Positions 11,849 through 24,155 of a DNA stretch of 64,000 nt are shown one piece after another. The stretch is from NCBI GenBank assembly GCA_951406725.2, contig OX597823.1:64480001-64544000 (forward strand), read 5' to 3'. This DNA is from Octopus vulgaris. Taxonomy: Eukaryota. Position numbers and translations under genes: made by a program. Numbering within the stretch: position 1 is the first letter of the stretch; each line of letters starts with the position of its first letter. A model generated the notes under the pieces. It saw only the letters and a program-made list of their open reading frames with translations, did no database searches and was not told the DNA's origin.

Positions 11849-12069
11849 CCCTTTTGTTACTGTATTTATTTTGAGATGCTCTGTGTTTCTTTCAATTATT
11901 TTAAATACAACAAAGAATTTAATAAAATAAGTTCATTATCATTAAGTTAGTGTTAGGAACATAAATTATGACTAAGGTTTGGTGGAAGATTTTTGTTCAA
12001 AACTTATGTAAGCATGACATTTGTATTACAGAGCCAGAGGCGGTTTCAGTTGGGTTGGTATTGAAAGGG
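11849..12069. mobile_element. piggyBac-type (TTAA) MITE, copy 2
   Basis: TTAA|CCCTTT...AAAGGG|TTAA. Homologous to 6638-6847. Confidence 0.8.
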
Positions 12070-12314
12070 TTAAAGTAGAAGTGAAGGCATAGTGCATGCT
12101 ATTATGAAGTCACACTCAATTGTGAGTGTTGGTTGAATATATATCTACTATAATAATCTTTATTGCATATTTAAGTGTACCAGCAATACCTGTGGAAATT
12201 CCATGGTCCATTCATAAATATTTCCTCTGTCAGTAATAATATCATATTTCCTGCATAATGGTTCAACGGATTCCTTGTTGCTAGACTCACACACATGCAT
12301 GAATGCTTACTCTC

Positions 12315-12721
12315 TCTTTTACTTGTTTCAGTCATTTGACAATGGCCATGCTGGAGCACCGCCTTTAGTTGAACAAATCGACCCCAGGACTTATTCTTTG
12401 TAAGCCTAGTACTTATTCTATTGGTCTCTTTTGCTGAACCACTAAGTTACAGGGACGTAAACACACAAGCAACGGTTGTCAAGCGATGTTGGGGGTGGGG
12501 TCAAACACAGACACACAAACACACACACACATATATGCATATACATATATACGACAGGCTTCTTTCAGTTTCTGTCTACCAAATTCACTCACAAGGCTTT
12601 GGTCAGCCTGAGGCTATAGTAGAAGGCATAGATACTTGCCCAAGGTGCCACGCAGTGGGACTGAACCTGGAACCATGTGGCTGGTAAGCAAGCTACTTAC
12701 CACACAGCCACTCCTGCGCCT
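12315..12721 (-). mobile_element. tRNA-derived CORE-like SINE family B, full length
   Basis: Minus strand GGCGCAGGAGTGGCTGTGTGGTAAG head, GGTTCAGTCCC B-box, ACCTTGGGCAAGT core, internal (TA/TG)n and TGACTGAAACAAGTAAAAG tail. Confidence 0.88.
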
Positions 12722-13179
12722 ATGGTAGCAATAGCTGCAGAGAGAGCAGTGTTGGTTGCTATGGTGGCGTTGATGGTGGTTGAGATGGTGGAGGTGACAG
12801 AAAGAAGCAGACAGTGGCATAGATAAATAAAGTGAGAGGTGGAGGAATGAGAGAATGAGATAACTAAAGATGCAGTGACATCACACAGCCTGTCACTTCT
12901 AGAATCCCCAGTCTCTGCATCTCTCTCTGTCTCAGTAGATTTTTTTGTTCACTCTTATCCCCAACAATATTATCACAATTGTCTCTGTAAGCAGCACTAC
13001 AGAACAACCAAAAGTTCCTTTCTCACTATGAGTTACTTCCCTTAGTGTTACATACTTTTTATGATGGAAGAAGTATAGGTATCATCATCATCATTATCAT
13101 CATCATCATCATTTCAATATCCACTTTTCCATACTTGCATGAATCAGATGGAATTTGTTGAGGCAGATATTCTACAGCT

Positions 13180-13523
13180 GTAAGGCTAGTACTTATTCTT
13201 TCAGTCTCTTTTGCTGAACCACTAAGTTACAGGGATATAAACTCACCAACATTGGCTGTCAATTGTTGATGGGGTGACAAACAAGCATACTAAAATGCAC
13301 AGATATAAATATATACATATACATACATTCATGCTTACATACATGCACACACACACACACATATACGACAGACATCTTTCAGTTTCTGTCTACCAAATCC
13401 ACTCACAAGGCTTCGGTCAGCCTGAGGCTATAGTAGAAGATACTTGCCCAAGGTGCGATGCAGAAAGACTGAACCCAGAACCATGTGGTCAGGAAGCAGG
13501 CTTCTTATCACACAGCCATGCCT
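13180..13523 (-). mobile_element. SINE family B, tail-truncated
   Basis: Homologous to 12315-12721. Confidence 0.82.
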
Positions 13524-13620
13524 GAGCTTGCATACGTATGTACATACATCATATACATATATATATATTTATACATATACATATTTATATATATATATAT
13601 ATTTTATATATATATATATA

Positions 13621-14090
13621 TCATCATCATCATCATCATCATCATTAATTTAATGTTCACTTTCCATGCTGGCATGGGTTGGATGGTTTGACTGAGGACT
13701 GGCAAGCCAGATGGCTGCACCATGCTCCAATCTGATCTGGCAGAGTTTCTACAGCTGGATGCCCTTCCTAATGTCAACCACTCCGAGAGTGTAGTGAGTG
13801 CTTTTATGTGCCACCAGCATGAGTCAGGCAGTACTGGCAATGGCCACACTCAAATGGTGTTTTTTATGTGCCACCTGCACCGGAGCCAGTCCAGCAGCAC
13901 TGGCAATGACCTCACTCGAATGTTGTTTTTTCACGTGCCACTTTTTTTCATGACACTGGTAATGATTATGCTCGAATGGTGCTTTTTATGTGCCACCGGC
14001 ATGGTTGCAAGTCAGCAGCCCTGGCAACAATCATGCTTGGATGGTGCTGTTAGCATTCCACTAGCATGGATGCCAGTCATGCGGTGCTGT
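13621..14090 (-). mobile_element. RTE 3' UTR fragment with (GAT)n tail
   Basis: GGCAGAGTTTCTACAGCTGGATGCCCTTCC block and tandem GTGCCACC repeats shared with 8752-9200. Confidence 0.85.
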
Positions 14091-14601
14091 CATCGACCAT
14101 GTCAGAGAAGCCAGCCAGCACAGATTTTTGCTACAGTGTTTCATATCGAGATGTCAAATGTAAACAAACAATGAGCGCTGATGAAGGGACAACAACCCCC
14201 AAAGTATGGTATAGACATTCATTACCCATTTTTGTTTTCAATCACATTGTTCCAATAAGTTCTATAAAATATCTGTAGAAATAACCTTAAAATAACGTAA
14301 GAAGCACTACTGATGCAGTAGAACATGGTACTGGCATTTAGTATACTTCATAGTATATCATGTTTGCACAACAAAGTACCACATATGCACACATCATTAA
14401 TATATAAACATATATAACAACCAAAAATGCTAGTTCTAATATCTCTCTAGGAGATGGTAAGTGTTCACTCCCCTGCTCACAATTTTACTGGATGCAGTTG
14501 TGCATCATTTACCAGGTAGAGATGTCCTCTCAGGGTTAAAAAAATCACAGTAGAGTCTGCTCGAACAGAGTCTGCCATAAAGTGGCTATGAATATTACTT
14601 A

Positions 14602-14671
<70 letters not shown>

Positions 14672-15480
14672 ACACACAAAATATGGGGGTATAATTCACA
14701 GGTAATCTAAACCACTAAGTATGCTGGGTAAGTGCTGTAATGGATTACCAGAGCTCCATGATTTATAGATGAGACAGGATTTATGGAACCTTTGTAGATT
14801 TCCGATATAGCAGATATATAGTTGTTAAAGAAGACATTAATCCAGACTCTTCTCATTTTCCCTATTTGTCTCTGATGTCGGATTATCCCATACTCTTGAA
14901 TATCTCAGAAACAGTTGTAAGACTTTGAATTTTTCCAATAATAATAATGCATATGATTTGAGATTGTCTTGCCTTAAGGTTTGTTGTCCTATTTAACAAT
15001 TATATATATATATATATATGCACACACAGAGTGCTCTTTCATTTCCCATCTTCTAAATCCCCTCAGCACACTTTGTCAGCTCTGGGCTACAGTAGAAAAC
15101 ATTTGTCCAAGATGCTGTGCAGTGGGACTGAAACCCCCAGAGTTTGTGGTTGGGAAACAAAATTCTCAACCACAACTCTGCCTGTTATATTGTTATATAT
15201 TACTTTTCTGTCTGGTTAAAGTGTAATAGCAGTAGGAAGGGAGACAGAAGAAAAGAAGTAGAGAGTGAGAAGGGTGAACTATGTTAAGTGAACTGGAGTG
15301 AAGATTGGTAGAAAGAAAGTGAAAACTAGGCATGGGGAAGGGAAGAATGAGAAAGAGATAGAGGAAACAATGAATGGAAGATTGTGAGAAAGAAGCAAAT
15401 AATGAAAAGAGGGAGATAGATAGTAAATTAAAAAGATGGTTGGGAATGATGGTTGAAGGAAAAAATCTCACTCATATACG

Positions 15481-15527
<47 letters not shown>

Positions 15528-16214
15528 ACACGTGCATGCATATTCAGACACATGCATATCCATACATGTACACATATACACAAACAAACAAGCATGTAGT
15601 GAATGCTGAAACATTGAAAGTAATTTAACTCACTGAATTATTCCTAATTATAATTATTTACATAATTTTTGTTTTGATCATATAGTTTAATAAAGAAGGT
15701 CATAAGTTCCACTCTTTTTAGGGGCGAACATTTTTTAAGGGATTTTGTCAGCAATACCATTCACACATCTACTAAAGTTACCAAGCTGTGGATGTGTTGC
15801 TCCACAGAATTTTCCCGCATTCCTTGCCAAAAGTCATGAATATGAATTACTTTTAATATATGTGCAAATAACTGTCATTTTTGACAGTTCCGGCTCACAA
15901 TAATTTAATTAAATTATAAATTAATGTTGGGGGAATTTTCAACAATTGAATACGGAAGCTTTTATTGTTTAAGACCAGTAAAATTTTATAGCAATTTATA
16001 TAAACTTTGCTTCATTAATTAATCCTTCAAAATAATTTTAATAAAAATTTAATCATTCTTAATATGCAAGATTACTTCAAATATTTGGAGTGCATGTTAT
16101 GTCGATGCATTGATTAAATATCAATTTCTGTTTAATTCTTGAAAATGTCATTTTTACTTATGGTGTAATTTGTATACAAGTATATATTATCATTATCATT
16201 ATTATTAATATTTA

Positions 16215-16519
16215 TATAATTTTTTCTCAGAGCTTTCGACCTTACTCGTTCTGGCTAATTCTGTGAGAGTGGACAGCATCCTGTTGTTAAATGTCTCATA
16301 GGGTCTTTTTCCACAAATTATAGGACTTGGTACTTAGGTGTTCAGTGTCGTGGAAGATATTCAACACCAACATACCAATCTCAAAATCTTAGTTGTTCCC
16401 AATAGAGCAATTTTGGGGGCATGCTCTACCCTCATGTGAATTCCAATTTCTCTGACATATTCATCGAACTTGGTTGGTACTGCTCCAAATAAACCTACAA
16501 ATATTGGGATGACAGTTAC

Positions 16520-16520
<1 letters not shown>
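16215..16520 (-). mobile_element. R4/Dong-type LINE 3'-end fragment
   Basis: Paralogous to 16575-16880 (LLGT.KILR-type C-terminus and UTR) and bounded by TTA repeats. Confidence 0.65.
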
Positions 16521-16567
<47 letters not shown>

Positions 16568-16574
16568 GCTATTA

Positions 16575-17660
16575 TTTTGTTTTACTTCTCAGAACATTCG
16601 GTCTTGTTTGTTCTGGTAGATTCTGTGAGAGCAGATAGTAGCCTACTGTTAGAGGTCTCACAGGGTGTCTTTCTGCATATCATAAGCTTTGATACTTGGT
16701 TGTTAATTACTGTGGGAGACATTCAACATCCAAATAGCAATCTCAAAATCCTAGCTGTCCCCAGCAGAGCAGTTTTTTTGGGGTTAGTTTTGCTCTTACA
16801 TCAATTCTGATTTCTCTGCCTTATTTCTCAAACTTGGTGGTTAGTACTCTGAGTGCCCTACAACTACTAGCATGACAGATACTCTCCTCATTGTCTACAT
16901 TCTTGCAATTTCACCTTTTAGTAGTCTGTACATTTCAATCTTTTCTAGTTCTTTGTCACTTATGTGAGCATCTCCAGGTATTGCAATATCTATGATCTTG
17001 GTTTCCTTTTTTCCCTATCTACCATAACAATATCTGGTCTCTGAGCCTTGATTAGGAAGTCACATTGGATTGTAAAATCCCACTATCTCCTATGTTCTTT
17101 GTTCTGGTTCATGTTCATACCATTTCCATGCTCTGTTCAGGTCGTACTTTTCACATAGTCTCCAATGGATGAATATAGCCACATTATCATGCCTCCTTTT
17201 GTCGTGCTTTTGGGCCAGCTTGCTATACTCACTCACAACATGTGAGATTGTTTCATTTCTACTGCCACACATCCTACAAAGGGTCGATTTGCTACTCTTA
17301 TCTGTTTGGAACTTGGTGTAATTAGTTCTCAGAGCTTGTTCCTGGACATTGCATATCAATGCCTCAGTGCATCATTTCAGACCACTTTTTCTGAGGTAGT
17401 GACCACGCAGTGATCTCATTTTCCAGTTGTTTACTCTTTCTTCTTCATCTTATATCTTAAATATTTGTAGGTGCATCACATTTCGGGTAGGTATTACATT
17501 GTTAATTCTGACAGCAGCAAGCAAGGACTCACTCTGCTGCTTGATGTACCAACCCAGACTGTTCTTCTTTTAATTAATTGTTGTCACTTTTCTAGTTTTT
17601 CTATCTATTTCCTCAAGCTCATTCTTTGTCCACCTGACAACGTCTGTGCCATATTGTATT
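16575..17660 (-). mobile_element. R4/Dong-type LINE 3' portion (CCHC knuckle plus RLE endonuclease), decayed
   Basis: QEQALRTNY...CRMCGSRNETISHVVSE...RRHDNVA...WYEHEP followed by PDIVMV/IIDIAIP-type motifs. The 3' end abuts (TAA)n at 16521-16575. Confidence 0.88.
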
Positions 17661-17849
17661 AAAGAAACAACCCATGTGTTCATTGCTCTGGTTTTGTTTT
17701 TTGTATTGCGTCTACTACCCATAATTAACTTAGTTCTTCTTCTTCTTCTTCACCACCTTTCAATTCTGTTTCCATTTCTTGCTGAGTGTCTTCCTGACAC
17801 CTAGGACAGAGAAACGTATTGTATACATTGGTAGGCCATTGAACTCCAG

Positions 17850-18185
17850 TATGCAACTGGTACTTAGTTTATCAACCCCAAAAAGGTGAAAGGCAAAGAT
17901 GACCTTGGCGGACTTTGAACTCAGAGCGTAAAGACAGGTGAAATACCGCTAAGCATTTTGCCTGGCATGTTAAAATTTCTGCCAGCTCACAGCCTTAATA
18001 TTAATATTATTATTAAGGTGGGGAGATGGTAGAGCCATTAGCACACTGGACAAAAATGCTCAGCAGCATTTTGTTTGTCTATAAATTCTGAGTTTAAATT
18101 CCCCCAAGGTCGAATTTGCCTTTCATCCTTTTGGGGTCGATAGATTAAGTGCCAGTTGGACAGTGAGGTCAATGTAATCAATGTA
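17850..18185. mobile_element. Divergent (head-to-head) pair of SINE family A
   Basis: Minus copy ~17850-17997 and plus copy ~18016-18185. Confidence 0.75.
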
Positions 18186-18341
18186 CTCACAGACAGAATA
18201 TGTTGTAGCAGATTTTCTGTGGCCAGGTACTCTCCTTCTTGTCAACCATAATGTTGATATATAGAGATACATATATATTTACATGCATATACATACACAC
18301 CTACACACATACATATACATGTGTGTATACATGTATATGTA

Positions 18342-18378
<37 letters not shown>

Positions 18379-18454
18379 GCACACATACATATACATGTAT
18401 GTATACATATATATGTATGTGTATATATATATATTTTTTCTTTTCTTTTCTTTT

Positions 18455-18690
18455 ATTTCTTTTACTTGTTTCAGTCATTTGACTGTGGTCACACTGGGGC
18501 ACCACCTTTAATTGAACAAATCGACCCAAGGACTTATTCTTTGTAAGCCTAGTACTTATTCTATCAGTCTCTTTTGCTGAACCACTAAGTGATGGGGATG
18601 TAAACACACCAACATCGATTGTCAAGTTATGATGGGGGACATACAGAGACAAAAATAACAAACTGACAGACAGACACACACACACACACA
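18455..18690 (-). mobile_element. SINE family B 3' half
   Basis: TTTACTTGTTTCAGTCATTTGAC...GACTTATTCTTTGTAAGCCTAGTACTTATTC block. Confidence 0.8.
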
Positions 18691-18692
18691 CA

Positions 18693-18731
<39 letters not shown>

Positions 18732-18834
18732 GTACATATTCATTAATTTATTTATTTATATATGTAATACATGTGTGTGTGTATATATATATGGTGGATG
18801 TCTACTCCTTATACAGAGTTTGATCACCTCCTGT

Positions 18835-19420
18835 ACCTATGCCTTAGCACCATCATGGCATCTGCTGTGGCTTTTTAAACCAATGTTCTGAAAAGATACC
18901 CACATAGATTGTACCTCTGATTTGGACCACCAAGAGCTGCAGATAAGTTCTGCTCGTTGTGGATTTTAAAATGTCTCCTGAGGCCTTCGTTGGATTTGCA
19001 AACCTTCTGGCATACACTGCATTCAAAGGTATGCACAGACATATAGGCAGAATAGTTGGTGGAGGTTAGTTTTCCATGAGTTTTCAGATAAGATTTGAGG
19101 CCAGGAAAAGACAGGCATAGTCTGTCACAGATTGTGCACAGAAAAAGGTCATTGTCATTCACCTTCTTGATCATTACATTCTTCCTTAGATCTCTTTTGA
19201 GTTTTTCTTGTGTTATCCTGGCCTCCCTTTTCAAATGCTTTCACTCCACCCCACACCTTTGTTTGCCATCCAACTTGATCCAAAGCAAGGGTTTTTATAT
19301 CTTTTGGAACCATTCTCAGTGGCTTCATAGTACTCCTTATTCTGTCCCTAAACCTGTGACAATTATTTGGTAGCCATGATAAAACTCCGAGTTGGAAATC
19401 CACGCCACCATCTCTTCCAT
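18835..19420 (-). mobile_element. RTE-BovB-like LINE C-terminus with tandem C2H2 zinc fingers (frameshifted)
   Basis: RFRDRIRSTMK...LALDQVGWQTKVWGGVKAFE, then CTICDRLCLSFPGLKSYLKTH and CSVCQKVCKSNEGLRRHFKIH plus a third degenerate finger. Confidence 0.72.
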
Positions 19421-19904
19421 TATCCGGCCATCAGAAAAATGCCCTCTTTCGAGGTCTCTTTCTTTCTTTTGTTGTCTTACTGATTTTATCAATATATATA
19501 TATATATATTTATATTTCCATCAGTCAACTTCCTTCTATGAAATACAGTATACAAATTTTGATATAGTTGCTGATATTTATGAAATCTAAACAATAACAT
19601 ACGAAAATGTGCTACCATTCTTCAAGATTTATATTGGCTACGTATATAACTAAATCAGAAATAAATTAAGGTTGATAACATCTCCATATTCAATAAATTG
19701 GTGATGTTTGACAAAGTACTTGAAATTATTTTATATGAAAGAGAAAACTTGAATTGACTGATACGCTGAGACAGACAATAACTATATGAAAACTGTATAC
19801 CAACTAATAAAAGTAGGACTATAAAAAAGAAATATGAAGTGTGTGTATGTGTTAGATATATATACATACATATACATAAATGTACACACACACACATGGA
19901 TAGT

Positions 19905-19945
<41 letters not shown>

Positions 19946-20089
19946 TGATAGATAAATAAATAAATAGATCAATAGATAGATAGATAGATAAAAGGCTGAC
20001 AGCATAGCTTGGTACAGACCTCCAATTTACCAGCTCCTGTGAAACTGTTCAACCTGCGTCAACATGGAAAAGCAACTGTTGAATGATGC

Positions 20090-20127
<38 letters not shown>

Positions 20128-20141
20128 TGTGTGTGTATAAG

Positions 20142-20568
20142 TGTAGGTGTGTGGCAAGTAACTTGCTTCTCAACCATATGGCTCCAGTTCAGTCCCACTG
20201 CCTGGCACCTTGAGCAAGTGTCTTCTACTATAGCCTCAGGCCAACCAAAGCCTTGTGAGTGGATATGGCAGATGGAAACTGAAAGAATCCCATCATATGT
20301 GTGTGGTATGTGTGTGTGTGTGTATGTGTGCATGTGTGTGCACGTATGCATGTGTGTGTGATTGTGTCTGTGTTTGTCCCAAACCACCACTTGACAACTA
20401 GTGTTCCTGTGTTTATGTCCCCATAACTTAGCAATCCAGCAAAAATGTCTAATAGGATTAGTACTAGATTTAACTAGAAATGAGTACTAGGGCTAATTCA
20501 TTTGACTACAAGGTGGCGCCCCAGCCTGACCGCAGTCTTATGACTGACACAAGTAAAAGATAAAAGAT
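20142..20568 (+). mobile_element. SINE family B, diverged full length
   Basis: Head, ACCTTGAGCAAGTGTCTTCTACTATAGCC core, internal (TG)n and TGACTGACACAAGTAAAAG tail. Confidence 0.8.
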
Positions 20569-21574
20569 TAAAGATTTCTGATAACATGCAGTAAATGTTA
20601 AGGCATAATTCTGAATGGTAATCTTAGAACTTTCTAATCTTGTAGCCACTTTTTCTTTCATTGTATTCACTTTCTTCACCTCCTCAATGTCTTATCTCTT
20701 TCTCTTTCTTTTGTCTACCTTTACAACCTCCAAATCTCACTTTTCCATCAACTGACCCCTTTGGATTCATCAGTGCTATTTCTTTTTTCACTACTCACTC
20801 ATATTCCCATTTCCTCATAGCAACCCTGATACAATAGAGCTGGTTCCCTTCCTACATAACATACCACATCACCTTAACACACAGTTCCTCCCTCTTTTTT
20901 TCACCAGACACTTATCCCTACCCATTTTCATCTGTCACTTACACACATCTGTCTCCTATAGTGTATATTCTGCTATTATTTCCTTTACTGCACTCTCACA
21001 ACTATACATCTTGTTGATCTGATAAATTTTTCTCACTTTGTTTCTGTTGCAATACTACTATTCTGAAGATATACCGTTTCCCTCTAAGTAATTTGTACTC
21101 AAAATGTAGGTTACCAGACCACTGCAGCTGCTTCTATTTTCATCGCCATCTGTGAATTCCTAGACATATAAAAGTCAACAGATGGGCTTGAATAGCATGC
21201 TTTCGTTTCCTGTGCAGCTGTGGCTACATTTTATGTTTTTTCTATTGAAAAGCTTGTAGTATATATTATGAGTAGGAAAGTATTTGATGATTAAGTGTTA
21301 AGAAATTTTTTCTCACATTTGTCACAAAGCATAGGCTGAAGGGCAGTTTCCAAAAAAGTTGATGGTTCTTTTTCTGGCTTTGCTTCGTTTATAGCCTATT
21401 TGTATAGCATAGACTTTTCTTTGAAATGAATGTGCTTTATTAGTTTGTTAAATATTGTCTTATCAGATGATATTCTGGAAAGTCTCCAGCTTGTATTGCT
21501 GATAAGAGTTACTTATTAGCGAAGATGAGAGGCTGGAATATGCATCTGTATATCAGTGTATGTGCACATATATA

Positions 21575-21576
21575 TA

Positions 21577-21646
<70 letters not shown>

Positions 21647-21741
21647 GTATATACAGTTATATATATATATATATGTATATTTATATATACATATATATAT
21701 GTATATATATATATTTATATATACATATATATATATAGATG

Positions 21742-21789
<48 letters not shown>

Positions 21790-22303
21790 TACATGTAAGT
21801 ATGTGTGTGTTAATATATACATACATATACGTATGTAAGAATAATCATTCACATACATACACAAACGTGCATGCACAGATGCATGCACATACACAATCAT
21901 CCATATACGTATATAAATATATGTTCGATATATTTCTAATTACATCAACTGATGCCAGCACATAAACTAAAGAGATGTCTAGATTGACGCTGTAATTGTT
22001 GCCAGTAGCAGTGATCCATTTATCCTTCTGTAATGATGCAGTCAAAAAAAGTATAGCCATTTTCATAAGATAGTTGATATACAGTCTTTTCTGTTCAATA
22101 ATTTCATTTGGCATGTGAGCTAAGCTCTAATGTATGCATATGTCCATATGAACACAAATATTCTATATGTAAATGTATACATACATACACACACGTATAT
22201 GTATATATATATGTATGTATACATATATGTATATTTATATATATATATATATGTACACACACATATATATATATATGTATGTATATGTATATATATATGT
22301 ATG

Positions 22304-22345
<42 letters not shown>

Positions 22346-22450
22346 TACATATGTATACAAATACATAGATATATATATATAAATACATATATACGTATAC
22401 ATATACATACATATATACATATATAGAGACAGACAGACAGACATATAGTT
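21575..22450. repeat. (CA)n/(TA)n low-complexity fields
   Basis: Directly visible. Source of the YIYIY/HTHT ORFs. Confidence 0.92.
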
Positions 22451-22802
22451 TGGTAATGAAATATTGCATACGGGCATGAAGAATAAATAGAATAAACATA
22501 GGAGAGCTGTACTTTCAAAAGAATTCAGTGTTTAATAATATATAGTTGTGAAGAACTAAAATGAGGTTGTGCTTCAGTAGACTGGGAGACTGGGAGGGGG
22601 AGAGAGATGGAGATAGAGAGAGAGGGAAGTAGAGAGAAGAAAAGAGAGAGAGTCATTTATGCTAGCTGTACAGGCAAAATGGCTGTGTATGAGCTGCTGG
22701 TTCAAATCTACCCTGTGCATTTTATTTTCTTTCACAGTTGAAATTCCACACTGCATATTGTGGCTTCTATTTTAAAAGATCTTTTGTTTTCATAAAAGAG
22801 GT

Positions 22803-22950
22803 ACAGGTGTGGCTGTGTGGTAATAAGTTTGCTTCCCAGTTATGTGGTTTTGGTTTCAGTCCTACTGCATGGTATCTTGGGTGAGTGTCTTTTACTGTAG
22901 TCTCAGGCTGGCCAAAGTTCAGATGGAAGCCTGAAGAAACTCATCGTATA
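22803..22950 (+). mobile_element. SINE family B 5' half
   Basis: GGTGTGGCTGTGTGGTAA head and core, ending at the internal TA tract. Confidence 0.72.
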
Positions 22951-22958
22951 AATATATA

Positions 22959-24155
22959 TCTATATACATAAATGTGTAATGGTGTCTATCCGTGCATGTG
23001 TTTGGGGTTACTCTAACTCCTCCCACTCCATCCAACCGATTTTAATGATTTTTGGCACATAGATAGATCACTTGCCCTGAAGTTCAAATAAGGCCGGAAT
23101 TTTTCGAAAACTCGATAATGCTCAGTTGACATTGATTTTTTATGAGCTCAATCGGGCATTTGAATGGAAATTCCTATAATAATGTTATTTTCCCTTCAGC
23201 TTTTGCATTTTTTGTCTGATTTTGATGAAAACTGATGAGTGAGTGAGGCTTATGGCAGTGAGTTGATGTCAGTATATGGCATTGACAAAAAAAAGTCGAT
23301 GATTGCGCCCGAGCAGTGGTTTTATAAAATCAATAGACTTTTTGCGTGCAAATCCCCATAGGGATTTTATTTTCGCCTGTAACGTTTGTATTTTTTATTT
23401 GGTTTTAATGAAATTTGAGAATGAAATGTAGGTAAATTTTGTGGTAGGGAGACGGTAAAGGTATCTATTTGATTCAAAAGGGCTTGAAAAGAGCACCAAT
23501 GCTAATAAGCATTTAATAAGAGACATTCTTATCGATTTTGTAGGAATTTTACTCGTAATTACAGTTCATGTCCATTAGTTGATGCTAGTATTAAGAGGTG
23601 ACAAAAAATTGATAATTGCGCATGAGCGGGGGGATTTTAAGAAATCAATAGGCTTTTTGTATGCAATTACCCATAGGATTAATATTTTATGCTGTAACTT
23701 TTACAGAATTCATCCGCTTTCAATGAAATTTGACATTTATGTAAAGTTTATGGCTGGAGTCACGTAGTAGAATTAAAATTAAACTAGTGAAAAGCAGAAA
23801 TCGTCAAAATTCACTCACAATAAAATAATGAACTGATTTTGAAGAAAATTGACCCATGAGTAAAATTAAGCACTACGACATATGAAACATCGATTATTCA
23901 TATAATGTACTGGGATTTAAAAGTCAATGGGATATGTTCATGTAAATGGTCACATGGATTCTATTTTATGACAACCTTAACACTTTTCTTCGGATTTTGC
24001 TGATCAATTTTGTACAGAGGGTGACATTAAGGGAAGAGAAATAAACAAATATCACTCTCAATGGGTCAAGCTACACCGAAAAGTTTGACTGTAATTTCAG
24101 ACAGTCCAGTATGTAGGAGTATGTCGAGAGCGTTAACTGGGTAACATCCCTGCTG
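22959..24155 (+). mobile_element. Putative non-autonomous Helitron-type element (3' end uncertain)
   Basis: A|TCTATATACATAAA 5' end, then GTCTATCCGT..TAACTCCTCCCAC (compare TAACTACTCCCAC at ~63278), CCGATTTTAATGATTTTTGGCAC and degenerate ~155-bp internal repeats. No clean CTAG terminus seen. Confidence 0.55.

Noticed and set aside
12171-12290. Possible minus-strand exon (KYDIITDRGNIYEWTMEFPQ)
   Set aside because: Weak acceptor and donor (GTATTG) and no recognisable family.
21509-22518. YIYIY/HTHT/CVCV ORFs (also 33869-34262, 36973-38479, 61081-61617)
   Set aside because: Dinucleotide and tetranucleotide repeat artefacts.
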